From an uncultured Gemmatimonadales bacterium (GTDB lineage: Bacteria; Gemmatimonadota; Gemmatimonadetes; Gemmatimonadales; GWC2-71-9), in the NCBI GenBank assembly GCA_963821525.1, contig CAWGED010000004.1, forward strand, positions 96,001 to 160,000: a stretch of 64,000 bases of DNA. Reading direction: 5' to 3'. The notes beneath the pieces are model-generated. The model was given only the letters and a program-made list of their open reading frames with translations, was not told the origin of the DNA and did no database searches. The stretch's first letter is position 1. Each line of letters begins with the position of its first letter. The translations under genes and the position numbers were made by a program. Shown here one piece after another: positions 32,081-41,225 of the stretch.

Positions 32081-32563
32081 GTGGGACCGAAGGTGCTGCA
32101 GCTCAACGTCAAGCCAAGAACATCCGGCGAGTACGGCCTGCCCAAGCAGCCGGTTCCCGAGCTACGGATAACGGCGACTGGGGCCGAGGGGGACTACAAT
32201 CATTATCGTGCCACCACGCTGAAAGGCGATCCAGATCAGGCTATCCTGCTGGTCACTCAGGAAATCCTGTCTCAGCTTCGGACCGAAGGGTGGCCAGTGG
32301 AGCCCGGTCACCTCGGAGAGAACATCACCCTCGACCAGGTACCCGAATCAGAATTGAGACCGGGCACCCGGGTCAGAGTGGAGGAAGTCCTTCTCGAGGT
32401 CACCAAGCCCTGCGATCCCTGCACCGAGCTGCATTCCCTGCCCTACGTCGGCGCCCGACGCGGTCCGGAATTCGTGCGGACCCTGGTCAACCGGCGCGGG
32501 TGGTATGCCCGGGTCCTCATCCCCGGTGTGGTGAGGGTCGATGCACCGGTTCAGATCCTTTGA
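32081..32563 (+). CDS. MOSC domain protein
   Basis: GENIT, PCDPC, RGWYARV. Confidence 0.9.
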   Translation: MGPKVLQLNVKPRTSGEYGLPKQPVPELRITATGAEGDYNHYRATTLKGDPDQAILLVTQEILSQLRTEGWPVEPGHLGENITLDQVPESELRPGTRVRVEEVLLEVTKPCDPCTELHSLPYVGARRGPEFVRTLVNRRGWYARVLIPGVVRVDAPVQIL

Positions 32564-32677
32564 AGCCAGCAGCGCATCCAGGAGTGACCTGAATCCGAGG
32601 CTGTGTTTGGCCCATGTAGAGGACGTAGATTGAGGGGACCGCCCGCTCGTCCAGCCCACAAGCTCCCGGAGGACCCA

Positions 32678-33109
32678 ATGAAAGGGCCCAGCTCTCACCT
32701 GCACGTGCTCATCCTGGGACTCGCGCTCGCCGCCTTCGTCTCGTGTAAAGGGGGAGAAAAGGTTGGGCAGACCGACGCCCCGGCATCGAAGCCCGCTCCG
32801 GCTCCGACTCCGGCTCCGGCGGCCGCGGCCACCGCAACCACGACCGCTGAGGCGACCACCGCGGAGCCCAAGAACAAGGTCGCACCTGCCGAGGCGGTGG
32901 ATGCGACCGTGAGGCCAGCCGTCGACACGGGGCAAAAGGGACCCAGCGGGGAAGCAGCGCTGTTAGGCAAGCCTGCGCCCACAGCAAAGGGTCCAGTCAT
33001 ACCCGTGGGCGCAACAGCCGAATGCAACGACAGCAGCTATTCCATGAGTCACGACAAATCCATGACCTGCAAGGGACATAGCGGGGTCAGGCACTGGCTC
33101 AAGCCGTGA
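32678..33109 (+). CDS. Ala/Pro-rich lipoprotein with C-terminal DUF3761-like Cys/His domain
   Basis: FVSC lipobox; GATAECND.SYS...TC.GH.GV..W. Confidence 0.75.
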   Translation: MKGPSSHLHVLILGLALAAFVSCKGGEKVGQTDAPASKPAPAPTPAPAAAATATTTAEATTAEPKNKVAPAEAVDATVRPAVDTGQKGPSGEAALLGKPAPTAKGPVIPVGATAECNDSSYSMSHDKSMTCKGHSGVRHWLKP

Positions 33110-33148
33110 GCCGTCTCAAGCAGGAGTGATCCCGGAGAGGCTGACGCG

Positions 33149-34214
33149 ATGAGTCCGCTGTTGATCTCCTGGCTCCTCGCGGCAGCTCCGGTGGTAGTCC
33201 AGGCCGACAGCCTCAAGTTCCCCCTCGGTCTCGCCACAGGCCCCGACCAAGCTCTCTACGTTTCCGAGCGCGATGGCCACCGGGTGGTCCGAATCGATCC
33301 GACCAGCGGCGGTATGCGGGTCGTCGCCGGTACCGGGGTTCCAGGCTTTTCGGGAGACGGGGGTCCCGCCACCAGCGCGCAGCTTCGCTGTCCCGACTCC
33401 ATTGATTTTGACGACGCCGGGAATCTTTACATCGCCGACCGCTGCAACGAGCGGTTGAGGGTAGTCGAAGCGGGCACGGGCATCATCCGCACCGTCGCAG
33501 GAAATGGTGCTCGTGGCCGATCTCCCGATGGTCCGGCCCTATCGCTCTCGCTAATGGGCCCGTTCTTCCTAGAGAGCGCATCCCGCGACACGCTGCTCTT
33601 CACCGACACCGACGCGAACCTGGTACGACAGGTCGATCTCCGCTCCGGTCGGGTTTCCACCTTGGCTGGAACCGGTGAGCGCGGCTTCAGCGGGGACGGC
33701 GGCCCCGCCCTTTCTGCCCGGCTCACTCGCCCGCACATCGCGTTCAGGGCCCGCAACGGCGATCTCATCATCGGAGACAGCTTTAATCAGCGCATTCGCC
33801 GAGTGGACCATACGACCGGCGTAATTCGTACGATAGCCGGCAATGGCACCGAAGGTTTTGTGGCCGATGGAACCCCGGCTCTCGAAGCCCCGTTCAAGTA
33901 TTTCGGCGCGATGATCGAGCTGGAGAACGGAGACCTGGTCTTCGATGAATGGGCCGGACACGTGTTGGCTGCGGCTTGATCAGCGGGAGCAGCGTATTCG
34001 AGTGCTCGCGGGAACCCAGGACAGCACGGCGACAGATGCCGAAGGGTCCGACCCACTCAAGACCAGATTCGGATTACTCGGCGGGATGGTCAGAGATTCG
34101 GTGGGACGCTACTACGTGGTGGAACCCGAGCCCGGCCGGGTCACTCGCATCGATCTGGAGAAACGGCGGGTCGAGACGGTCGTCGGACCGCGTCGGGGAA
34201 CCCTGCCACAATAG
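33149..34214 (+). CDS. Secreted NHL-repeat beta-propeller protein (frameshift near 33960)
   Basis: Repeated AGTG..GFSGDGGPA..A.L..P and IADxxN.RIR. Confidence 0.85.
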
Positions 34215-34288
34215 GAGGATGCGGCGCGGAGAGTCCGCGGGCTCCCTCGCACCTGACTCCGAAGGAATCCAGCGCACACTTGTCCTTC

Positions 34289-34605
34289 CTACTCGAATCG
34301 CTCTAACACCGCGGCACGGTGGTCTTTTGTGATTCGCACACGGCCGCCCCCACCGGGAACCAGTGGATCGGGAAACAGCGTTATCACAACTCCCGCCGAA
34401 TCTCGGTCGAACGCATGAACAACTAAAGTGTGGCGCTCGCCGGAGGTACGTCCGCTTGGAACGTGGCAACCGCCAAAGTTACTGCCTCTAAGCTGTCTGC
34501 AGGAGCTGGCGCGCTCGTTTGAGTGCGAGGACCTCCGCACGCACATACGCCGATTGGCGAACCTGTGATTACGAGGAGCACGGAAGTCATAGACTTGGCC
34601 ATCAT
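34289..34605 (-). CDS. Small hypothetical lipoprotein, frameshifted near 34430
   Basis: Signal with VCAC, then a shifted-frame continuation TLVVHAFDRDSAGVVITL...GGGGRVRI. Confidence 0.45.
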
Positions 34606-34695
34606 GTTGGAACCCCTCTGCTGCAGGTTGGATGGCACCTAGCGACATCACGACCGCTGGCGGAGCAGACTAATCATCTCTGCGTTTATCTGCGT

Positions 34696-36009
34696 TCATC
34701 TGCGGCCCGATGGCGGATTCGCGCTTCCTCCGCCAGTCTCCGCAATCACCTCGTCCCCCGCCCTTCGCCCCGACTGCAGCGCACCCTCCATTGTGGCATT
34801 GAGTCCGTCGCCGCAGGTCGCCTCACCGGCGAAGAACAGCGTCTGCTCCACCGGTTCTGCCAGGACACGGTGAGCCTCGACTCCACCTACTGCGACGTAA
34901 GTGTAGGCCCCCAGAGTGAAAGGATCGCGATTCCAGTCGTGGGTCAGACAGGTGACGGCCTTCTTCTCGATCACCTCGCGCGGCATGGCGAGAGCGGCGC
35001 TCAGTGAAGTGAGGGCCAGATCAGCGAGTGCGCCGTCATTCGCGTTGCCGAGTTGAGCCGCTTTGGGTCCTCCAGCCCAACCGATCAGTACCGGAACGTC
35101 TTCTAGAGAGGGCATCCACCAGGTGGGGATAGGCTGATCGGGAGCCTGCACGAACAGCATGCCGCGCAGCGGCTTGATCTCCCGCCAGAATGGTTCACTG
35201 AAACGGAATGCCAGCTTCATCACCGGACCCATCTCGATCTGGCCGAGGGCCTCCCTCTTGTCGAGAATTTCAGGAATGATCCGCAGCCCGGCCGCGGAGT
35301 CCGGCAGCTTCAGGATGGGAAGCGGCACGGTTACGATCACCGATGTCGCTCTCAGGGTGCCGGCGGAAGTGGCAATTTCTACTTCACCGCGTCGCCATCG
35401 CAGCTCGCGCGCCACCGTCTCCAGGCGTATGGGACAGCGCCCCTCGAGCTCTCTTGCGATCGCCTCCACCGATCGATCCAGTCCCTCCGGCACCCGTACA
35501 TCCGACTCCGTCACTTCGTCGTTCGCCTCCGCCTCGAGCAGCCAGCGGATGCTGAGCCGCGCCGGATCGGCGGCGTGAAAGCCCTGCACATAGGAGATCA
35601 ACGAAGCCCGCGCATCAGCCCACGCGGGCTCGCTGCAACACTCGGCGAGTGCCGCAGCCAGGGAACGGTCGGGGGCTTTGAGAGATCGCAGCTGCTGGAA
35701 CAGCCGACCGGCCCCCCGCGAAGGATCGCCGAGGCCCTCCCAGCGCCCGCCGCGACGAATCATGAAGAGGCCTTCGGAGCGCACCGGCTTACTGCCGCTC
35801 CGGAGGACGAGGTCATGCATGGCTCCATGATCCGCCAGCCACTCGGGGCCCAATTCGATCGCGCCGGAAACACCGGAATCTCTCCGGGTCCACACTCGTC
35901 CGCCGATGCGATTCCGCGCCTCGATCACGGTGACCGAACGGCCTGCTTCGACCAGTCGCGCGGCGGCGGCGAGGCCGGCCAGTCCGGCACCAATGACGAC
36001 AGTTTCCAT
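34696..36009 (-). CDS. Flavin monoamine oxidase family protein
   Basis: GAGLAGL, IGGRVWT, FFAGEAT, MEGALQSG. Confidence 0.92.
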   Translation of the reverse strand: METVVIGAGLAGLAAAARLVEAGRSVTVIEARNRIGGRVWTRRDSGVSGAIELGPEWLADHGAMHDLVLRSGSKPVRSEGLFMIRRGGRWEGLGDPSRGAGRLFQQLRSLKAPDRSLAAALAECCSEPAWADARASLISYVQGFHAADPARLSIRWLLEAEANDEVTESDVRVPEGLDRSVEAIARELEGRCPIRLETVARELRWRRGEVEIATSAGTLRATSVIVTVPLPILKLPDSAAGLRIIPEILDKREALGQIEMGPVMKLAFRFSEPFWREIKPLRGMLFVQAPDQPIPTWWMPSLEDVPVLIGWAGGPKAAQLGNANDGALADLALTSLSAALAMPREVIEKKAVTCLTHDWNRDPFTLGAYTYVAVGGVEAHRVLAEPVEQTLFFAGEATCGDGLNATMEGALQSGRRAGDEVIAETGGGSANPPSGRR

Positions 36010-36136
36010 GAAAGGGAGAATAATGTGTATCCTGATGCAGTCCGAACCGGGGCGCGGCAATCTCTGAAACCTCCGCTCCCACTCCTGCCGTCAGCCTTGG
36101 AGACCCGCGACACACCTTAGCCCGGAGACGCTCCTG

Positions 36137-38005
36137 ATGACGGCTGGCTATCCGACCTCTCCTGTTGCTGCGCTCGCCATTGTGGGATTGCTCGCCTGCG
36201 GTGGCTCGTCCATGACCTCGGACGCGGTAATGTTCCGGGAAAATCCCGAGCATACCGGCATTTCAAACGCGAGGTTCTTCGCGGGACAGGGTGGTCTTCG
36301 CTGGCAGGTACAGACCGATGGGGCAGTGCGCTCTTCGCCCGCGGTTTCGGGAGACCGGATCTATGTGGGCAGCGGAGACGGAGGTCTCTACGCGCTTGAT
36401 CGGCAGACCGGAAGACAGCTCTGGCGATTCCAGGCGGGCGGCGCGGTCTACGCCTCGCCGGCGGTGACAGGCGGAGTTGTCGTGTGCGCCAATCTCGAGG
36501 GACGAGTCTTCGCGGTTGAACAATCCTCCGGCAAACTCCGCTGGTCCTTTAACAGCGGCCCTGCACTTCCCTTCAACACGAACCCCGCTGGAGGCTGGGA
36601 CAATCTCGCCTCGTCCCCGGTCGTGGTCGGAACGACCGTGGTTATCGGCACGCCGGACGGCTTGATTCGCGCCGTCGACCTCTCCAGCGGAAAGTCGCTC
36701 TGGCAGGTAAAGACCGGCGGTCGAGTCCGCGCCACTCCGGCCGTGAAAGACGGCCTCGTCGTGGTCGGCTCGTTCGACGGCCGAGTGTACGCCGTGGACC
36801 TGATGACCGGCGCCGAGCGATGGGTACACCGGACCATCGGCGACACGCTGGACTCGTCGAAATTCGGTTACGACCGGAGGGCGGTGCAAAGCTCGGCCGC
36901 GATCGCCGACGGGATGGTACTGGTAGGCTCGCGGGACGGTGGACTCTACGGCCTCGACGCCGCGACCGGCGAGCGACGCTGGCGGGTCACCCACAACGGT
37001 TCCTGGGTCCTCGGATCGCCCGCGGTGCGCGATGGCCGCGTCTACATCGGAAGCTCGGACGGACATTTCTTCCAGGCCGTGGAGCTGACGACAGGCCGTG
37101 AGCTCTGGCGGCTCCAGACCGAAGCCAACGTGCTGTCCTCTCCCCTGCTGGTGGGAGATGCGCTGGTCGTCGGGACCTATCGGACCGATGCTACCTGGGG
37201 CGATCTCATCGCGCTCAATCCGGAGACGGGGACCGTCCGCTGGCGTCTTCGTATGGACGGCACGGTCATGTCGTCGCCCGCAGCGGCCGACGGCGAGTTA
37301 TACGTGGGGACCGACGCCGGGAGCATCGTCGCCGTCAGCGAGGCATCTCCTCTGGTCCCCAGGATGGCGGTGTTCTACGACGCCAGACTCGCGAAGGACG
37401 CCTCGGTACCGGGAGCGGCGCTGACCGTGGCTTACTTCGCCGACCTCGGTTACCAGCCTCTCGACGCCGATTCACTGCCGGCATTCCTCTCGGCCCGCAT
37501 CGCCGACAGCGTTCCCAGCGCGGTCGTATTTGCCCTGGATGTCGTGCCCCACGCGGCCGAACCCATCGCGGCGGACACCGTGCTGATCCGTCGCTACCTC
37601 AATGCCGGTGGCAAGATCGTGTGGCTGGGATCTCCCATGGGGTCGGTATTTCGGGACTCGAGCGGAGCCCTCACCCAGGACGCCTTCCATCGCACCGAGA
37701 AGATCCTGGGCGTTCCCACCAAGTCCGTGGACTACAACGAGTATTCGGCTCAACCAACGGAGACCGGTCGCAGCTGGGGTCTGACTCACTGGTTCCGCGG
37801 AGATTATCCGATCGATACCACCGCCGTCTCCCACGCGCTGGCCGTCGATGAGTCGGGCCAGGCCACGGCCTGGGTCCAGGTCTACCGGCCCGACCGGCCA
37901 GGGTCTGGCTACGTGCAGTTGTGGGGCTTCGGGGCCACGGTCGAGCGGCTTCCCTACATCAGGGCGGTAGCCGAGTACGGCTTGCTCCGGGCCGCTGCTC
38001 CATAG
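36137..38005 (+). CDS. Lipoprotein with PQQ-like/BamB beta-propeller repeats and an unknown C-terminal domain
   Basis: LLAC lipobox; repeated SSPAV...GS.DG..YA.D..TG...W. Confidence 0.85.
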   Translation: MTAGYPTSPVAALAIVGLLACGGSSMTSDAVMFRENPEHTGISNARFFAGQGGLRWQVQTDGAVRSSPAVSGDRIYVGSGDGGLYALDRQTGRQLWRFQAGGAVYASPAVTGGVVVCANLEGRVFAVEQSSGKLRWSFNSGPALPFNTNPAGGWDNLASSPVVVGTTVVIGTPDGLIRAVDLSSGKSLWQVKTGGRVRATPAVKDGLVVVGSFDGRVYAVDLMTGAERWVHRTIGDTLDSSKFGYDRRAVQSSAAIADGMVLVGSRDGGLYGLDAATGERRWRVTHNGSWVLGSPAVRDGRVYIGSSDGHFFQAVELTTGRELWRLQTEANVLSSPLLVGDALVVGTYRTDATWGDLIALNPETGTVRWRLRMDGTVMSSPAAADGELYVGTDAGSIVAVSEASPLVPRMAVFYDARLAKDASVPGAALTVAYFADLGYQPLDADSLPAFLSARIADSVPSAVVFALDVVPHAAEPIAADTVLIRRYLNAGGKIVWLGSPMGSVFRDSSGALTQDAFHRTEKILGVPTKSVDYNEYSAQPTETGRSWGLTHWFRGDYPIDTTAVSHALAVDESGQATAWVQVYRPDRPGSGYVQLWGFGATVERLPYIRAVAEYGLLRAAAP

Positions 38006-38127
38006 CTCCAGCGCAGCTGCGTCACCACCTTCCTTCGATTTCATCATCGCCCCACGCTTGCGCAGTGCGCCATGCCGGTGCAACGTGGGCGGGCAAGCCT
38101 TACGCACGCTCATTATCAGGAGGTCCA

Positions 38128-38514
38128 ATGTCTCGAGTCACCGGCCTGGGAGGCATTTTTTTCAAGGCGAAGGATCCCGACAGCCTGCGAAACTGGTATA
38201 GCAAGCACCTCGAGCTTCCGATCGAGGATTGGGGAGGCATGAGCTTTCGCTGGCGGGAGACCGACCAGCCGGAGCGGGAGGGGACAACGGTGTGGAGTGT
38301 TTTCCCGGCCAGCTCGAAATACTTCGATCCCAGTGCGTCGCCTTTTATGATCAACTACCGTGTCGCGAACCTTGCCCAGGTACTCGAGCAACTACGGAGC
38401 GAAGGCTGTCAGGTAGACGACAAGATGGACGAGTCCGAGTTCGGCAAATTTGGCTGGGTGATGGATCCCGAGGGAAACCGGATCGAGCTCTGGGAGCCAC
38501 CACCCGGGAAGTAA
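38128..38514 (+). CDS. VOC family protein
   Basis: RVTGLGGIFFK, DPEGNRIELWEP; SD GGAGG. Confidence 0.92.
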   Translation: MSRVTGLGGIFFKAKDPDSLRNWYSKHLELPIEDWGGMSFRWRETDQPEREGTTVWSVFPASSKYFDPSASPFMINYRVANLAQVLEQLRSEGCQVDDKMDESEFGKFGWVMDPEGNRIELWEPPPGK

Positions 38515-38535
38515 GCTGGATAAGGGTGAGGTGCA

Positions 38536-39090
38536 ATGAACGAGCTGCCTGCGTTCCGAACGGCCCGCCTCCAGCTGCGTCCCATGGCCGTCGCCGACGC
38601 GCCGCGGGTTGAAGAGCTGGTGAGCGATCCCGAGGTCGCATTGACGACGGCAACCATCCCGCATCCCTATCCCAAGGGAGCGGCGGTGGATTGGATCGAG
38701 CGGCATAGCAAAGGACCGGATTTTGGAGGCGAAGCCGTCTGGGCCATCGTCCATCCACAGCTCGGCCTGGTCGGTGCCATGGGCTTGCGGGTGGACTCGC
38801 AGCAGTCCCGCGCCGAGATGGGTTATTGGATCGGGAAGCCGTATTGGGGACAGGGATTCGCCACCGAAGCCGGCGCCGCCTTGTTGCGCTACGGCTTCGA
38901 GACTCTGGGCCTGAATCGAATCTTCGCGCACCACATGCGGAGAAATCCGGCTTCCGGGCGGGTCATGCAGAAGCTGCGCATGCGTTACGAAGGCTCGCTC
39001 CGCCAGCATTTCCGACGCAATGATCGCTTTGAGGACCTTGAGTGTTACGGAATTCTTGCAGAGGAGTACTCACCGGAGAAAGTGAAATGA
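38536..39090 (+). CDS. GNAT acetyltransferase, RimJ/RimL family
   Basis: TARLQLRP, EMGYW...WGQGFATE, N.ASGRV..K. Confidence 0.92.
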   Translation: MNELPAFRTARLQLRPMAVADAPRVEELVSDPEVALTTATIPHPYPKGAAVDWIERHSKGPDFGGEAVWAIVHPQLGLVGAMGLRVDSQQSRAEMGYWIGKPYWGQGFATEAGAALLRYGFETLGLNRIFAHHMRRNPASGRVMQKLRMRYEGSLRQHFRRNDRFEDLECYGILAEEYSPEKVK

Positions 39091-39482
39091 ACAGCGTAAC
39101 CGGTATGGTGCGCCGCCTGCTTCGGGCCGAAGGGTTCGCGGTCCTGGTGGCGAGTCTTTTTCTCTACCACCGCCTCGAGGCCAGCTGGCTGCGATTCCTT
39201 CTGCTCTTCCTGGTTCCGGATCTCTCCTTTGCCGGATACCTGCGCGGCACCCGAGTCGGCGCCTATGTCTACGATGCCGCGCACAGCTACGTGTTACCGA
39301 TCGCGCTCGGTTTGATCGGGATCATGCTGGATAGCTCGCGGTTACCCGAGCTCGCGATGATCTGGACCGCGCATATCGGATTCGACCGACTCCTCGGGTA
39401 TGGTCTCAAGTACCCTTCCTCGTTCCGGGAGACCCATCTTGGCCTGATCGGTCGAGAAAGTCCCTCCCCGTCCGTTCCCTGA
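39087..39482 (+). CDS. DUF4260 family membrane protein
   Basis: LRAEG, PDLS..GY, AHIGFDR.LGYGLK. Confidence 0.88.
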   Translation: MNSVTGMVRRLLRAEGFAVLVASLFLYHRLEASWLRFLLLFLVPDLSFAGYLRGTRVGAYVYDAAHSYVLPIALGLIGIMLDSSRLPELAMIWTAHIGFDRLLGYGLKYPSSFRETHLGLIGRESPSPSVP

Positions 39483-39514
39483 CGCGGAAAACTCTGCCGG
39501 ATTAAGATGCCCTG

Positions 39515-39739
39515 ATGCGAAAACTCCTGGGGATTCTGGGTCTGGTGGCGTGCGCGCAGGTGGCGGCTGCCTGCCAGAGCAAGACCACTGCGGGCACTGG
39601 TCGCACCGAGCATGAGCGCGACAGCGTGATCGGGCAGTCCAAGCTGCCCGGCGCTCCTGTGGTGCAGAAGGCCTTGGACGTCGCCGACTCTTCGCGAAAT
39701 CGCGTCGCGCAGGAAGATTCGGCGGCCGCGGCGCCCTGA
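39515..39739 (+). CDS. Small lipoprotein
   Basis: AAAC lipobox; RDSVIGQSKLPGA. Confidence 0.7.
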   Translation: MRKLLGILGLVACAQVAAACQSKTTAGTGRTEHERDSVIGQSKLPGAPVVQKALDVADSSRNRVAQEDSAAAAP

Positions 39740-39747
39740 ATTCTGAT

Positions 39748-40140
39748 TCAGGTGCCGCCGAGAGCCGTGAGCAGGACCGCCCACGCAGTAACTGCACCTG
39801 TGACCAGACCGATGATCATCCCAGTGCCGAAGTTGTTGTTGCTGTCCGTCGGCTTCAGGCGGAAGGAGTCAATCTCGGCCTGGGCGATCGAGACCCGGCA
39901 ACTGTCACAGATCGGATAGCGGTCGGTCCGCACGCCGGAAACCGAGTCAGCACCGACGACTACGTGGCGCAGCGTGATCGGAGTCGGGCCGGTCCAGACC
40001 TGCACCACCTTCCTGGCGTCGAGCGCTGCCGGAGCGGGGCGCGGAATGAGACTCCACCCGGCGCAACCGGGAACGGATAGGCAGGCCAGAACGAGGACGA
40101 GAAACCAGACACGGGCGTGCGCGGCAGTGACAGTCGGCAT
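39748..40140 (-). CDS. Hypothetical lipoprotein/membrane protein
   Basis: VPGC lipobox, CxxC, C-terminal TM helix. Confidence 0.65.
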   Translation of the reverse strand: MPTVTAAHARVWFLVLVLACLSVPGCAGWSLIPRPAPAALDARKVVQVWTGPTPITLRHVVVGADSVSGVRTDRYPICDSCRVSIAQAEIDSFRLKPTDSNNNFGTGMIIGLVTGAVTAWAVLLTALGGT

Positions 40141-40280
40141 CGGGCCTCGCAAGGTGATTGCCAACGAAGGCGGAGCGACTCGCTTCTGAGTGTTACCTGA
40201 GTCTGATAAACGACGTTGACCTGGCGGTGAGTCCACACAGGAGGCGGCTACTGCCACCCCACCATCCCTGCCGGAGCGTT

Positions 40281-40318
40281 TTTTCAATCTGCAATCTGCA
40301 ATCTGCAATCTTCAAATC
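40281..40318. repeat. CAATCTG heptamer array
   Basis: TTCAATCTGCAATCTGCAATCTGCAATCTTCAA. Confidence 0.85.
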
Positions 40319-40327
40319 GAGGACCTG

Positions 40328-40507
40328 ATGCCGCTCGAGATGCGGGACCACTGCGAGAAGTGCCAGGCCGCACTGACTCACGAAGACCTGGCCTTCATCT
40401 GCAGCTATGAGTGTACGTTCTGCGCCGGCTGTGCCATCGGCATGGCCCAGCGCTGCCCCAACTGCTCGGGGGAGTTGGTGCGGAGGCCAAGGCGGTCGGG
40501 GGAATGA
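40328..40507 (+). CDS. DUF1272 family Cys-rich protein (59 aa, absent from the ORF track)
   Basis: MPLEMRDHCEKC...ICSYECTFCAGC...CPNCSGELVRRP. Confidence 0.9.
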   Translation: MPLEMRDHCEKCQAALTHEDLAFICSYECTFCAGCAIGMAQRCPNCSGELVRRPRRSGE

Positions 40508-40514
40508 GAGTGAA

Positions 40515-40618
40515 AGGACTGAGGACTGAGGACTGAGGGCTGAGTAGTTCCGAGTTCCGAGTAGGGAACTTATAGCTTACGGCTTACGGCTTATGGCTTA
40601 GGACTTACGGCTTGCGGC
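40515..40618. repeat. Compound heptamer arrays GGACTGA, GTTCCGA and GCTTACG
   Basis: Between convergent genes; overlaps the DinB stop codon. Confidence 0.88.
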
Positions 40619-41156
40619 CGCCTACTGATTGCCGGATCCGCTCAATCTGTCTCCGGTGTACCAGGTCGTGAGCCGCGGTCAGCGCGCGAAGTCGGCGGGC
40701 GCTTTCGCGGCCCCGCTCGGTATGAATGCCCACCCGATCCAGTTCTCCCTCACTGAGTTGACGGTAAAGCCTGAGATTTCGCCCGCGGAGCGCCTCGAGT
40801 TCCCGGAGTAGATCCTCGATCTCGGTCTCCCGATAGCGGAGACGCGCGGCCCATCGGTCCTGGTCGTAGCCCTGAATGACCGGCTCGTCTTCCGCGACAA
40901 TGGCCCGCAACCGATAGCTGTTGACCAGCTCCTGGTCTACGAGATGGCTTACCACCTCGAGGATGGACCATTTTCCCGGCGCCTCGGGCTCCAGCAGATC
41001 CTTACCCGACAACCCGCCGACAAGCCGCCGCACCTCGCCAAGTAATTCACCCTGAACGGCGAGCGGGTTCTGATCCCCCAGCAATTGAAGCAGGGCAGCG
41101 ATGTATGCGGCGGCATCGGCACCCGCCGTGCCCACCGGATTGGAAAAGACGGACAT
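40605..41156 (-). CDS. DinB family protein
   Basis: KWSILEVVSHL.D.E, YDQDRW, HDLVH..QI. Confidence 0.9.
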   Translation of the reverse strand: MSVFSNPVGTAGADAAAYIAALLQLLGDQNPLAVQGELLGEVRRLVGGLSGKDLLEPEAPGKWSILEVVSHLVDQELVNSYRLRAIVAEDEPVIQGYDQDRWAARLRYRETEIEDLLRELEALRGRNLRLYRQLSEGELDRVGIHTERGRESARRLRALTAAHDLVHRRQIERIRQSVGGRKP

Positions 41157-41190
41157 CTGACCTCCCTCGATACCCCCACACCAACGCCAA

Positions 41191-41225
41191 ACTAGGTACT
41201 CGGTACTAGGTACTCGGCACTCACT
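41191..41225. repeat. GTACTAG/GTACTCG heptamer array
   Basis: Same unit as 57216-57316. Confidence 0.85.
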
